Assembly: GCA_964016885.1 (NCBI GenBank)
Contig: CAXHJY010001394.1
Location: 136,959-200,958 of the forward strand
Length of the DNA: 64,000 nucleotides
Direction: 5' to 3'
Origin: Eledone cirrhosa
Lineage: Eukaryota
Shown: positions 10,613 through 24,526 of the stretch, in pieces
Layout: the number at the start of each line of letters is the position of its first letter
Numbering within the stretch: position 1 is the stretch's first letter
Made by a program: the position numbers and the translations under genes
Notes under the pieces: model-generated
Databases searched by the model: none
What the model was told of the DNA's origin: nothing
Seen by the model: only the letters and a program-made list of their open reading frames with translations

Positions 10613-11281
10613 ATCACCACGTTGATGTAAAACTTGGTTTTTCACTTTGGGATAATACACGTATTTGCAACTTATTTATGTTTATTTACGTTGAGCGTAA
10701 TCGATTTGTTTCCATATCTCCACGCGTTTTATTTCATAGTCATAGTTATAAAATTAGAAAACTTTCTTTAAAAAAAACAAATTAACGCGGGTAACTACAA
10801 GATAACCTTGTTTTGTAATACTGGCAGACATTGAAGATTCTTTATGGATGGTTGATACTCAGCTGCCAGGAACACAGGATGTGGCAGAGGGTATAAGATT
10901 TGCCTGCTATTTCTAGCAACTTCAATGACCACATAATTGGTTTGTAATTTTGTTTTAAAGTGTAAGGGTTTACACAGCCATTTATGAATTTCTAAGAGAT
11001 ACGTTTACGATGAGATACACTTATTAAAAATACTTTCATTGCATAGTTCCGTTTGTAAAGGCTTTAATTTACTGTACTACTCGGGAACCTTTTAATAACA
11101 CACAGGATTAAGTCCATGTTTGTTCAACCAATTAATGGTATCTGCTGTAGTAGGGGTAACGATGGAAATATGGCGATGATTAACTCCACCCTGGGGTATA
11201 ATGTAGAATTCATATTTTTCAACTTGCCCATACGTGTATTATCCCAAAGTGAAAAACCAAGTTTTACATCAACGTGGTGAT
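10613..11281. mobile_element. MITE-like non-autonomous DNA transposon with 52-bp perfect terminal inverted repeats
   Basis: 10613-10664 (atcaccacgttgatgtaaaacttggtttttcactttgggataatacacgtat) is the exact reverse complement of 11230-11281. The interior is non-coding and AT-rich. Copies start at 23610, 35023, 48020 and 62601. Confidence 0.8.
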
Positions 11282-12509
11282 TTCAAAGTTTATTTATTTA
11301 CACATGGTGGTGGGGGGGGATACGGAAATAAACGAAGGTTGACGAATGACGTCACATTCTTCTACTTTCACTTCTGACAGCCAATTCCGTTGTAGTGCCA
11401 TATATAAACATGATGGTCACGGCTGGAACAACTTTAATTATAGGTCTGCTCAATCATACTAACATGGGATTTAAATTGAGCAAAGTTGGAGTTGTCTCCC
11501 TTGGTACTTTACTACGCTACGTTTGTTTATATATATCATCATCATCATCTTCAACATTATCATTTAACGTTCATTGTTATCACACCTGCATGGGTTATAC
11601 AGGTTGTCACGTTATGAGACATGTCAGGTGTGGAGACCAGGTCTCATATGGATGTGTATTTTGGTTTGGTTTCTAAGGCTGGATGCCCTTCTTAACACGA
11701 AACACGTTACAATGTGGACTGCACACTTTTGTATGACCACCTTACAGGATGAACTGGGTGTTTTTATTGTTGTAGCATCAACGAGGTGTGTGGGATATTT
11801 AGCAGGTGAGGGCAGGGCCTTATGAATAGGAAGGGGTGATGAGAAGATTGGTGAAGACTAGTGTGTTCTCTACATGTTTGTTTTATTTCATTTTCAGCAC
11901 ATGGGAGGGGGGGGGGGTCTTCTACATTACAGCATGACGCCAGAGATCTCGATCCTGTGACATTTCCATTGAGAGGTTTAATTGGGCAAGGCGAGCTTTT
12001 ATTATTTCATCCCAAGCTTTCCTAGGTCTTCCCCTTTCATAGTTAACATCGACTTTGACAACCCTGCACCTTGTTATACAGCTGTCACCTTCCATATACA
12101 TCACATGTCCAAACCACCACAATCTCCTCTCCTCTACACTGCATCTGACCTCTCTTATACCTAGTTTCTCTCTCAGTTTATTAATGCTTGTTGTTCATGC
12201 ACACTATTACACATCTATCAGATCCTGTAAACTTCATTTCTTTCCAGTCTTTATAGGTCCTCTGAATATATTGCCCTGGTCTCACTTCAATGTAACATTG
12301 CTGTTTGTACACAGACTTCATACAATCTGCCTTTCACTTTCAGGGGAAATCATTTTGTAGGCATCAGTAGTAGTAGCTCCCTAAACTGTTTCCATCCCAT
12401 TCTCACTCAGGCTACTGTACCTTCAGAACACCCACCTCCACTGTTAATTTGGTTAATTAAGTTAACAGAAATTATGAACCGGTTTCTACAGAGCCTTCTG
12501 GACATTTAA

Positions 12510-12730
12510 CCCTTTAGCATTTAAACCAGCCATACCTAGCCAGAATACTCTCACATCTTTCTGTTCAAACCAGCCATAACTGGCCACTCATACTGACGTT
12601 AAGGTATTGTTCTCAATATAAATAATATCAAAATCTCATAGATTCGATATTATATGAGATAATTATGTAAGATAAAGCCTTTACCACAAAAATACAATAG
12701 TATATATAGAGTAATAAAAATGCTAAAGGG
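12510..12730. mobile_element. piggyBac-like (TTAA-type) MITE nested in the RTE
   Basis: ttaa|ccctttagcattt ... aaatgctaaaggg|taaa: 13-bp TIRs starting CCC, with TTAA on the left and degenerate TAAA on the right. Copies start at 25507, 36920 and 49917. Confidence 0.75.
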
Positions 12731-13105
12731 TAAAAGTAGCTTATTATTTTGTGAGCTCTTGCTACTTATTGCTCTTGTGCATCAAGAACATACACAGCTT
12801 ACATTTTGTTGCTAATCTCACTGAGATCCAACTACATCTCTTGTTTATCCATAGTTTGGAATTTCTACCTACTCCTTTCCTTTAGAATGATCAAGGCCAT
12901 TTTCTTGTGGGGATCTAGGCCCTGTTTTCCTTTCTATTTTGCCAAGTTATCTTACATCACTTTCATTCTAGACCATGCTTCCAGGTTTGGAATTTCTCCT
13001 CTAATTTTACCACAGATTAAGTGACAAGGGTTCAATCATGTGCATACAGGAGTTCCCATGGACAGCCAGTAATATGTAATAGCCTGCAGGATGATAATAA
13101 ACAGA

Positions 13106-13155
13106 AGAGGGTTAATTACAGAGCCCTGATAGAGGGTTAATAACAGAGCCCTGAT
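13106..13155. repeat. 25-bp tandem duplication within the RTE RT motif
   Basis: agagggttaattacagagccctgat followed by agagggttaataacagagccctgat. Confidence 0.85.
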
Positions 13156-13843
13156 AGACTTGTTCACTCAACTCCTCACTATAGCCATCATTACTTTTAA
13201 CCTTACTGACTGCTCCTCCATACATGGCTTTTACTGCTCTCACAAGCCACTCATATACCCCTAGTTTTCTAAGTTATACACCAGATTATGGAAGGGGGAA
13301 GTCTCACAGAAGCTCTCTCTGGGTCAACAAATGCCAAGTAGAGGGGCTTATTTTAGCTAGGTACTACTCTTGCAGTTGCCACACAAGGAAGAGGACATCA
13401 GTGGTACTTTTACCTGGCACAAATCCAAACTTCATCTCATCTAGGTTAACTTGGTCCCTAATCAGCTGTGTTATAAATCTAACACCTTCATGAAGTGGTC
13501 CATCTAATATTTCTATAGTTTTCTAGCTCTAGTACATCTCCTTTGCCCTTGTAGCAGTTGATGATGATGATACTACACCATTTATTTGGTATGACACCAT
13601 TTTGTATTACATGCTGTACGATACCAGTGGTTAAGATGTGACCCACCACCCCAGATACTTTCAGTATCTCAGCAACTATCACCAATGGACAAGATACTTT
13701 CTCTGTCTTCATATCCTTAATTACCTTACTACACTACTGCTTACTTGTATGGCTGGACCCTCTGTTGGGCCCACTTTCCGTAGACTATCTTCCTCCCATG
13801 CATTCTCCTCATTCAGTAATCTTTCATAAAGGCATTTCCATGT

Positions 13844-14044
13844 TACAAAGGTTGGCTGAAAAGTTCATAGACTATCAATGATAGCATGATGCTAGAGCTG
13901 TGAAATCTTGCCTGCATTAATTTCAACTCTTCTTATTAATAACTGCATTGTTTCCTTCCAGGGACTATGTTGAAAAATAAACCTCATTTGGTCATTCCAT
14001 GAGTGTATCTTGGTCTGCCTATGAACTTTTCAGCTGACCCTATT
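13844..14044. mobile_element. Tc1/mariner-like MITE nested in the RTE
   Basis: tacaaaggttggctgaaaagttcatag ... ctatgaacttttcagctgaccctatt: imperfect ~25-bp TIRs with a left TA. It interrupts the RTE frame. Copies start at 26841, 38254 and 51251. Confidence 0.7.
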
Positions 14045-15060
14045 CAGCATCAGTGAGCCCAAATGCCCCATTATCATCCTGGACACACTTTACCCCAACA
14101 TCACAATTTGCCCTCACACACTGCCTCACAATCCTGAACATCTCATGTATTTCATCCTCACATCATAAAACCAACTGAAATTATATATTCTCTGCTTCCC
14201 TCCTTGCAAAGAATACTTCTTGCCTAGCTTCCTGTAGTGTACCCTCCAGCTGCCTCCATTCTGCCATTATTCCATGCCTGTCTCTTGGCCTTAACTGTCT
14301 CATCTACCCTAGTGTTTCACCACCAAGATACTCTCCTCTCTGAAGCCCTGCTCCAGCCACAGATCTAGTTTGACACCTTCAGCAAAGGTTCTTTAAGGAA
14401 CTCCCACTGTTCCCCTATATTGTATGTTTCTATTTGTTCTTCCTTACTGTTGTAAAGATCAAACAAAATATCTCTAAATTTGGAACTGGCTGAGGGGTCC
14501 TTTAACTTCCATATCCTTCTCCTCCAAGTTGCCCTCAGTCTTCAAGTTCATCTAAGTCTATGAAATCACTAACTACTGGGTTATGTTGGGAGGTGCATTC
14601 TTCCCCAGGGGGTGGGGATTGTGTGTTTACAAATGTCAATATCTCATCTTCTGGTGAGGATAAAAATCTGACTGGCATGCTCCTCTGACCAATAGGTGTT
14701 GAAGTGGTTGTCGGGTAAACGTTAAGACCCTCTGATATACATATATATATATATACTAGCAGTGGTACCCGGCGTTGCACGGGATAACGTATTTCGGAAC
14801 GCGGGCCGCCATCTTCCACTTCAGCCGGTCGCCCTAAAGTGTTGGCTATTCAGTCTACTTGAGGCCAGTTGGTGAGGGGGGGTAAAGCTTTCAGTGTGCT
14901 ACTACCCTCACGGTCAAATAGAAAGGGAGAGGAAGAAAAGTCAGCGTTAATATCGTGCTACACGTTTGAAAGGTTGGATGACCTTAGAGTTCACCAGGGT
15001 GGGGGGTTCTAAAAGTATCTATCTTGGTATTTTATCTTAGAAGTAATCATTACAGAGTGT

Positions 15061-15869
15061 ACTGGGTGTATTTTAGTGGGCAGTAATTCCATAAAGAACA
15101 CAGTATAATCTGTGGACACAAGCCTTGCAGTGTGATTACAGGCAGGTTAATGGGAAAGATAGATTATATATGTGACATGATGTACATGAGAAGTGAGGAC
15201 ACAGACCACACATGAAATAGATTCCTACAACTGTCAGGGAGGCTCCCTAGAATTACAGATGACATATTTCAATATCTCGGTGATCAAGTTAGCAGTGGAG
15301 GAAGAATCTCTAAAAGTGTAATACCCAGGATAAGGACAGGCTGGAAGAAGTTTAGAGTACTGTTCCATCTGTTGACAACAAAGGGCTTCTCTCTCAGAAT
15401 GGAGGCTAGACTGCTTGATACTTATGTGTGGTCTGCAATCTACACCCCAGCCATGCCCCTTCCACTACCACTCCTTAGCTATTTCTCTCCATTAATACTC
15501 CTCACATTTCAAGCAGTTTTCTCATCTCAATGAAAGAAAAATATTGGGCTCAAGAGAAGTCTTCAGTTATGCCATGGTGTGGCAACCTCCCTAGGGTTGG
15601 GCAGAGTGTAAATGAGAGTGAAATTAGGTATGAGAGGGATCATATGCAGTATACAAGAGAGTAGATTACATTGGTATGGTCATGTGATGGGTATAAAGGA
15701 TGACAGCTGTATAAAAATGTGCTGGGCAATCAAAGTTGATGGAAGTTATGAAGGCGGAAGACCCAGGATGACCTGGGATGAGGTGATAAAAGATGACTTT
15801 GCACAATTGCAACTCTCAAAGACAATGACACAGGATAGAGATCTTGAGATGTATGCAGCAATACAGAAG
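15061..15869 (+). pseudogene. Decayed RTE LINE C-terminus (copy)
   Basis: Copy of 480-1288 at +14581. Confidence 0.85.
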
Positions 15870-18800
15870 GCCCTGTGCGTCGATCGTGGGCCGGCCGGAT
15901 GTTGACGGATCGATGTGTAATTAGAAGTACATGTGCGGACACTCATTGGCTGTGCGTGGTATGCATTTCAGCAAGATATCTCCGTAACATCAAGAGTTAT
16001 GGCTGTGGAGGCACACCTAGTCAAACGTAAACAAGCTCTGGAGCGTATACGCTTCGCGATTTTGTTTACGTTTGACTAGGTGTGCCTCCACAGCCACAAC
16101 TCTTGATGTTACGGAGATATCTTGCTGAAATGCATACCACGCACAGCCAATGAGTGTCCGCACATGTACTTCTAATTACACATCGATCCGTCAACATCCG
16201 GCCGGCCCACGATCGACGCACAGGGCCGGATGGCCCGTTTGCAGTGAATTTTCACCGGAATCGATCTGTAATTACTGGTACATGTGCGGACACACATTTG
16301 CTGTGTGTGGTGTGATTTTCACGAAAAACTGCCCATGCTAAATGAGGAAGCTGAAGTCCGCCGGCGAATGGTGTGCTTCGAAGAAAACTAATTCGAAAAT
16401 GACCGTTTGCAGGCGGAGTAACCTTTTCGATCGTGGGCCAGCCGCCCGTGGTGGGATACATCTGTAATTACTGGTACATGTGCGGACACACATTTGCTGT
16501 GTGTGGTGTGATTTTCGAGAAAGACTGCCCATGCTAAATGAGGAAGCTGAAGTCCGCCGGCGAATGGTGTGCTTCGAAGAAAACTAATTCGAAAATGACT
16601 ATTTGCCGGCGGAATCACCTTTTCGGTCCTGGTCCGGCCGGATCTTGCCGGATCGATCGGAAATTTGTGGACCATGTTCGGAAGGCCATTGTGCATGTGT
16701 GGTGAAAAAAATTTGTGTCGAAATCTTCTCGGAAAATAACGGATCGCCGGCGGAGATTGCCATTTCGATCGTGGGCCGGCCGGATCTTGTCGGATCGATT
16801 CGGACATATGTGCATCGTGTTCGCAAGGCCCTTGTCTATGTGTGGTGTGATTTTCATAAAGAAATTCCGAAAAACCCAGTTTTAAATCTGATTTCGCCAA
16901 AGAATTTTGGCTATCAGATCGGGTTGAAAGGTATGGTTTCAGGTCGATCTGAAAGTCTAAAATGGAATTCACTCGGTTAGCTAACTTTTGATATATCGGA
17001 GATATCTTTCTGAAAATCACACCACACACTCCCAATGAGTGTCTGCACATGTACCAGTAATTACAGATGGATCCCACCACGGGCGGCCGGCCCACGATCG
17101 AAAAGGTTACTCCGAAGCACACCATTCGCCGGCGGAATTCATTTAGCATGGGCAGTTTTTCTCGAAAATCACACCACACACAGCCAATGAGTGTCCGCAC
17201 ATGTACCAGTAATTACAGATGGATCCCACCACGGGCGGCTGGCCCACGATCGAAAAGGTTACTCCGCCTGCAAACGGTCATTTTCGAATTAGTTTTCTTC
17301 GAAGCACACCATTCGCCGGCGGACTTCAGCTTCCTCATTTAGCATGGGCAGTTTTTCTCGAAAATCACACCACACACAGCAAATGTGTGTCCGCACATGT
17401 ACCAGTAATTACAGATCGATTCCGGTGAAAATTCACTGAAAACGGGCCATTCTGCCCTGTGCGTCGATCGTGGGCCGGCCGGATGTTGACGGATCGATGT
17501 GTAATTAGAAGTACATGTGCGGACACTCATTGGCTGTGCGTGGTATGCATTTCAGCAAGATATCTCCGTAACATCAAGAGTTATGGCTGTGGAGGCACAC
17601 CTAGTCAAACGTAAACAAGCTCTGGAGCGTATACGCTTCGCGATTTTGTTTACGTTTGACTAGGTGTGCCTCCACAGCCACAACTCTTGATGTTACGGAG
17701 ATATCTTGCTGAAATGCATACCACGCACAGCCAATGAGTGTCCGCACATGTACTTCTAATTACACATCGATCCGTCAACATCCGGCCGGCCCACGATCGA
17801 CGCACAGGGCCGGATGGCCCGTTTTCAGTGAATTTTCACCGGAATCGATCTGTAATTACTGGTACATGTGCGGACACACATTTGCTGTGTGTGGTGTGAT
17901 TTTCACGAAAAACTGCCCATGCTAAATGAGGAAGCTGAAGTCCGCCGGCGAATGGTGTGCTTCGAAGAAAACTAATTCGAAAATGACCGTTTGCAGGCGG
18001 AGTAACCTTTTCGATCGTGGGCCAGCCGCCCGTGGTGGGATACATCTGTAATTACTGGTACATGTGCGGACACACATTTGCTGTGTGTGGTGTGATTTTC
18101 GAGAAAGACTGCCCATGCTAAATGAGGAAGCTGAAGTCCGCCGGCGAATGGTGTGCTTCGAAGAAAACTAATTCGAAAATGACTATTTGCCGGCGGAATC
18201 ACCTTTTCGGTCCTGGTCCGGCCGGATCTTGCCGGATCGATCGGAAATTTGTGGACCATGTTCGGAAGGCCATTGTGCATGTGTGGTGAAAAAAATTTGT
18301 GTCGAAATCTTCTCGGAAAATAACGGATCGCCGGCGGAGATTGCCATTTCGATCGTGGGCCGGCCGGATCTTGTCGGATCGATTCGGACATATGTGCATC
18401 GTGTTCGCAAGGCCCTTGTCTATGTGTGGTGTGATTTTCATAAAGAAATTCCGAAAAACCCAGTTTTAAATCTGATTTCGCCAAAGAATTTTGGCTATCA
18501 GATCGGGTTGAAAGGTATGGTTTCAGGTCGATCTGAAAGTCTAAAATGGAATTCACTCGGTTAGCTAACTTTTGATATATCGGAGATATCTTTCTGAAAA
18601 TCACACCACACACTCCCAATGAGTGTCTGCACATGTACCAGTAATTACAGATGGATCCCACCACGGGCAGCCGGCCCACGATCGAAAAGGTTACTCCGAA
18701 GCACACCATTCGCCGGCGGAATTCATTTAGCATGGGCAGTTTTTCTCGAAAATCACACCACACACAGCCAATGAGTGTCCGCACATGTACCAGTAATTAC

Positions 18801-20556
18801 AGATGGATCCCACCACGGGCGGCTGGCCCACGATCGAAAAGGTTACTCCGCCTGCAAACGGTCATTTTCGAATTAGTTTTCTTCGAAGCACACCATTCGC
18901 CGGCGGACTTCAGCTTCCTCATTTAGCATGGGCAGTTTTTCTCGAAAATCACACCACACACAGCAAATGTGTGTCCGCACATGTACCAGTAATTACAGAT
19001 CGATTCCGGTGAAAATTCACTGAAAACGGGCCATTCTGCCCTGTGCGTCGATCGTGGGCCGGCCGGATGTTGACGGATCGATGTGTAATTAGAAGTACAT
19101 GTGCGGACACTCATTGGCTGTGCGTGGTATGCATTTCAGCAAGATATCTCCGTAACATCAAGAGTTATGGCTGTGGAGGCACACCTAGTCAAACGTAAAC
19201 AAGCTCTGGAGCGTATACGCTTCGCGATTTTGTTTACGTTTGACTAGGTGTGCCTCCACAGCCACAACTCTTGATGTTACGGAGATATCTTGCTGAAATG
19301 CATACCACGCACAGCCAATGAGTGTCCGCACATGTACTTCTAATTACACATCGATCCGTCAACATCCGGCCGGCCCACGATCGACGCACAGGGCCGGATG
19401 GCCCGTTTTCAGTGAATTTTCACCGGAATCGATCTGTAATTACTGGTACATGTGCGGACACACATTTGCTGTGTGTGGTGTGATTTTCACGAAAAACTGC
19501 CCATGCTAAATGAGGAAGCTGAAGTCCGCCGGCGAATGGTGTGCTTCGAAGAAAACTAATTCGAAAATGACCGTTTGCAGGCGGAGTAACCTTTTCGATC
19601 GTGGGCCAGCCGCCCGTGGTGGGATACATCTGTAATTACTGGTACATGTGCGGACACACATTTGCTGTGTGTGGTGTGATTTTCGAGAAAGACTGCCCAT
19701 GCTAAATGAGGAAGCTGAAGTCCGCCGGCGAATGGTGTGCTTCGAAGAAAACTAATTCGAAAATGACTATTTGCCGGCGGAATCACCTTTTCGGTCCTGG
19801 TCCGGCCGGATCTTGCCGGATCGATCGGAAATTTGTGGACCATGTTCGGAAGGCCATTGTGCATGTGTGGTGAAAAAAATTTGTGTCGAAATCTTCTCGG
19901 AAAATAACGGATCGCCGGCGGAGATTGCCATTTCGATCGTGGGCCGGCCGGATCTTGTCGGATCGATTCGGACATATGTGCATCGTGTTCGCAAGGCCCT
20001 TGTCTATGTGTGGTGTGATTTTCATAAAGAAATTCCGAAAAACCCAGTTTTAAATCTGATTTCGCCAAAGAATTTTGGCTATCAGATCGGGTTGAAAGGT
20101 ATGGTTTCAGGTCGATCTGAAAGTCTAAAATGGAATTCACTCGGTTAGCTAACTATTGATATATCGGAGATATCTTTCTGAAAATCACACCACACACTCC
20201 CAATGAGTGTCTGCACATGTCCCAGTAATTACAGATGGATCCCACCACGGGCGGCCGGCCCACGATCGAAAAGGTTACTCCGAAGCACACCATTCGCCGG
20301 CGGAATTCATTTAGCATGGGCAGTTTTTCTCGAAAATCACACCACACACAGCCAATCAGTGTCCGCACATGTACCAGTAATTACAGATGGATCCCACTAC
20401 GGGCGGCTGGCCCACGATCGAAAAGGTTACTCCGCCTGCAAACGGTCATTTTCGAATTCGTTTTCTTCGAAGCACACCATTCGCCGGCGGACTTCAGCTG
20501 CCTCATTTAGCATGGGCAGCTTTTCTCGAAAATCACACCACACACAGCCAATGAGT
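15870..20556. repeat. Palindromic satellite array 2: 3 x 1584-bp subunits
   Basis: Same subunit and same boundaries as array 1; centres 16048, 17632, 19216. Confidence 0.97.
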
Positions 20557-20631
20557 TTAAAATACTCACCGTTTGATTTGGAAAAACTTAAAATGCTCAC
20601 ATATATATGTGTATGTATTTATCTATGCATG

Positions 20632-20677
<46 letters not shown>

Positions 20678-22616
20678 TGTATTTATCTATGTATTTATCT
20701 ATATGCATGGATATATATATATATATATATATTTATCTATGTATTTATCTATATGCATGGATATATATATATATATATATATATATGTATTTATCTATGC
20801 ATGTATGAATATATAAAATATATATATATATATATGTGTGTATGTATTTATCTATGCATGTATGAATATATAAAATATATATATATATATATATGTATGT
20901 ATTTATCTATGCATGTATATATATATAAATATATACATAAATATATATATATATATATGTATTTATCTATGCATGTGTGCATACATATATATATATATAT
21001 ATGTATTTATCTATACATGTATGTATATATATATATATACATATATAAGTATTTATCTATACATGTATGTATATATATATATACATATATATGTATTTAT
21101 CTATACATGTATGTATATATATATATATATATATATGTATATAAGTATTTATCTATACATGTATGTATATATAAAATATTGTCATGTTTACAAAAATATT
21201 TTTCTAATATCGTGTTTAATATTTTATATTGTCGTCTGCTTCTCTTCTCACGTGGTTACTAACTCTCTCACCCTCTCTCTCTTTCCCCTCTCATACAACC
21301 CCTTCTTTCTCTTTCTTTCCCCTCTCACACAACCTCTTCTTTCTCTCTCTTTTTGCCAGTCCCTTCTCTCACTCTCTCTCCCTCTTCCTTTTTTATCTCT
21401 TTCTTTCTGTCTCTGTTTCCCTCCTATAGACATTCTCTCTCTCTCTTTCTGCTCTCACTCAGCCTTCTCTCTCTTTCCCCTCTCACACAGTCTTCTCTCT
21501 CTCTCTTTCCCCTCTCACACAGCATTCTCTCTCTCTCTCTCTCTCTTTCCCCTCTCACACAGCATTCTCTCTCTCTCTCTCTCTTTATTTCCCCTCTCAC
21601 ACAGCCTTCTCTCTCTATCTATCTATCTCTCTCTCTGGAGATTTTTTAACACAAAGTCACACAAGGATTAGAAAAATGGCGATAATCACTTTGAAAGTAA
21701 CAATTATGCAATAAATAGTTGTTATTGCCACGTCTCGTATCCTCCTTTGGCAATGTGTAAAATGTTAGCGAGATCGAGTGAACAATACACAAGTTATAAT
21801 ACTTTACAGACGGGACTTATACAGTAGATGTAGCAAAATGCGTAGATTACGATTCTTGAGACGAGATTAAAATATACGATTATGGGATACTTTAAGAAGA
21901 CGAGTAGATGTTTGAGTAGATTTAGCTGCTTTTTCTAGCATTTTTAGTTATACTTTGAAGCAAATTTTTTTTGTTACTATTATATTAAAAGTTATCTGGT
22001 TACGTTATTTGACTGGTATTTCTAGCATTTTACAAGGACCACGTGTGTGTTTTATTTGAGGAAGATCTAGTTGTTATTTCTGATATTTTCTTCATCAAGT
22101 TAGTTGCTATTTCCTGCATCCTCTTGAAGACAAGGAATAATAATGAATTAGCTGCTGTTTCTAGTAGGTTCTATGGTAGTGGTGAGCGTGGGAGGGAGGT
22201 TTGACTGCTATTTTTAGCAGGTTCTAAGGCATTGAGGTTTATGTTTTACGAGAGATTTGGCTGTTATTTCTAACATGTTATAATGGAGAGAGAGAGAGAG
22301 AGTATAAGATATACAGAGAGAGGGAGTATAAGATATAGAGAGAGGGGAAACGGCCGATGTTTACGTTGAGAAAACCTAATAAAATGTTATAAATGGGTTT
22401 ATAAAGAATAGAATGAGATAAACAAGACAAAGTTAGATAAAATAAATCAGCTGTAAGGATATTATACGATATATTTATAATATTTTAATATATTTTTCCT
22501 GGTCGTCTGCTGCCATTGATAGAGAGAGGAGTGGTGGGAGGTAGCCATAACAACCGTGGTAGCAGCACTGAGGTTTGTTTTTAAAGAAGTGAATACAAGA
22601 AAAACAAGCAACTAAG

Positions 22617-23457
22617 AATATTAATCTCTTAAACCCTTCAAGATGTGTATGACAAGAAAGAAGACGTTTTAGAGTCGTATGACATAGATGATAACTGGAA
22701 ATTCTTACGTGACAACTTACTGCAGGCTACTGAAGAAACTTGTGGCTGGAGCAGAGCTCCGACCAGACAGAGAGTGACCTGGTGGTGGGACAACACGGTA
22801 GATAAGGCCATTAGAGACAAAAGACTAGCATGGAACACTTGAAAAAATGGTGGGAGTAGAGACCGATACACAGCTGCTAAGAGAGAAGCTAGACGTCAGA
22901 TGTACTTAGCACGCACGGAGGCTGAGAGTAGGAGGTTTGCCAATGTTCTGTGATGGGAAGATCAGAGGCGTGCGGTGTTCCACATTGCAAGGCATGGTGT
23001 CAGTGTAAATCAGGATGTTGTTGGAGATAAGTGTATCCGGAATGATGCCAGTGTACTTGGTGTCACGAATGATCAAAAAAAGGAGGCCTGGAAATATCAT
23101 TATGAGAGGCTGATGAATTGTGGAGAATGAATGGGAGAGAGGGAAACTATCCCCAGTAGACCCAACAGAGGGACCAGCTATTGAGATTGGGGAATATAGG
23201 GTACAAGAGGCAATTAAGGAAATGAAGAATGGCAAGGCTACTGGACTCTAGGGGATAGTTGCTCAGATGCTGAAGGCATCAGAAGTAGGCACTAAACTGG
23301 TTACACACATCATCAATCAAGCTATATATGGTAGTGTCATACCCAAAGAATGGTGCAGCAGTATTCTCATAAATTGGTACAAAGGTAAAGGGGATGCTCT
23401 GGAGAGGAGCAATTATATGGGCACTTCAATATTTAATGATACAGGTGATAAAACAAC
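22617..23457 (+). pseudogene. Decayed RTE LINE mid fragment (copy)
   Basis: Copy of 9620-10460 at +12997. Confidence 0.88.
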
Positions 23458-24526
23458 AACTATAAGGTAAATAAGTCACCTTATGTTATTTACAAACATT
23501 AACGTCCACCTTAATATGAAATAATCACCATAAAAGAGGAAGCGAGGGCATCGGCTACCGGCACCCGGGCTGCTCTCTCATCCTGAGTGGGATCTTCCAG
23601 CGTTGATGCATCACCACGTTGATGTAAAACTTGGTTTTTCACTTTGGGATAATACACGTATTTGCAACTTATTTATGTTTATTTACGTTGAGCGTAATCG
23701 ATTTGTTTCCATATCTCCACGCGTTTTATTTCATAGTCATAGTTATAAAATTAGAAAACTTTCTTTAAAAAAAACAAATTAACGCGGGTAACTACAAGAT
23801 AACCTTGTTTTGTAATACTGGCAGACATTGAAGATTCTTTATGGATGGTTGATACTCAGCTGCCAGGAACACAGGATGTGGCAGAGGGTATAAGATTTGC
23901 CTGCTATTTCTAGCAACTTCAATGACCACATAATTGGTTTGTAATTTTGTTTTAAAGTGTAAGGGTTTACACAGCCATTTATGAATTTCTAAGAGATACG
24001 TTTACGATGAGATACACTTATTAAAAATACTTTCATTGCATAGTTCCGTTTGTAAAGGCTTTAATTTACTGTACTACTCGGGAACCTTTTAATAACACAC
24101 AGGATTAAGTCCATGTTTGTTCAACCAATTAATGGTATCTGCTGTAGTAGGGGTAACGATGGAAATATGGCGATGATTAACTCCACCCTGGGGTATAATG
24201 TAGAATTCATATTTTTCAACTTGCCCATACGTGTATTATCCCAAAGTGAAAAACCAAGTTTTACATCAACGTGGTGATTTCAAAGTTTATTTATTTACAC
24301 ATGGTGGTGGGGGGGGATACGGAAATAAACGAAGGTTGACGAATGACGTCACATTCTTCTACTTTCACTTCTGACAGCCAATTCCGTTGTAGTGCCATAT
24401 ATAAACATGATGGTCACGGCTGGAACAACTTTAATTATAGGTCTGCTCAATCATACTAACATGGGATTTAAATTGAGCAAAGTTGGAGTTGTCTCCCTTG
24501 GTACTTTACTACGCTACGTTTGTTTA

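Larger units (their letters stand above)
11530..14735 (-). pseudogene. Long decayed RTE-clade LINE (endonuclease end, RT, C-terminus, 3' UTR, (ATG)n tail) with two nested MITEs
   Basis: Minus-strand IPNKWCSIIIINCYKGKGDVLELENYR (13488-13712), a QGS-type RT motif near 13105-13155, WFGHVM...GRPRKAWDEII...SQDRDLWR (11922-12122), and a (cat)n tail near 11535. Many stops and frameshifts. Confidence 0.88.

Noticed and set aside
11530-14735. Active autonomous retrotransposon
   Set aside because: Numerous stops and frameshifts, nested MITEs and a missing 5' part.
7560-15869. Tandem rRNA, tRNA, snRNA or histone gene cluster as the reason for the repeat
   Set aside because: No recognisable 5S, tRNA, U-snRNA or histone sequence was seen on either strand; an Rfam scan would be decisive.
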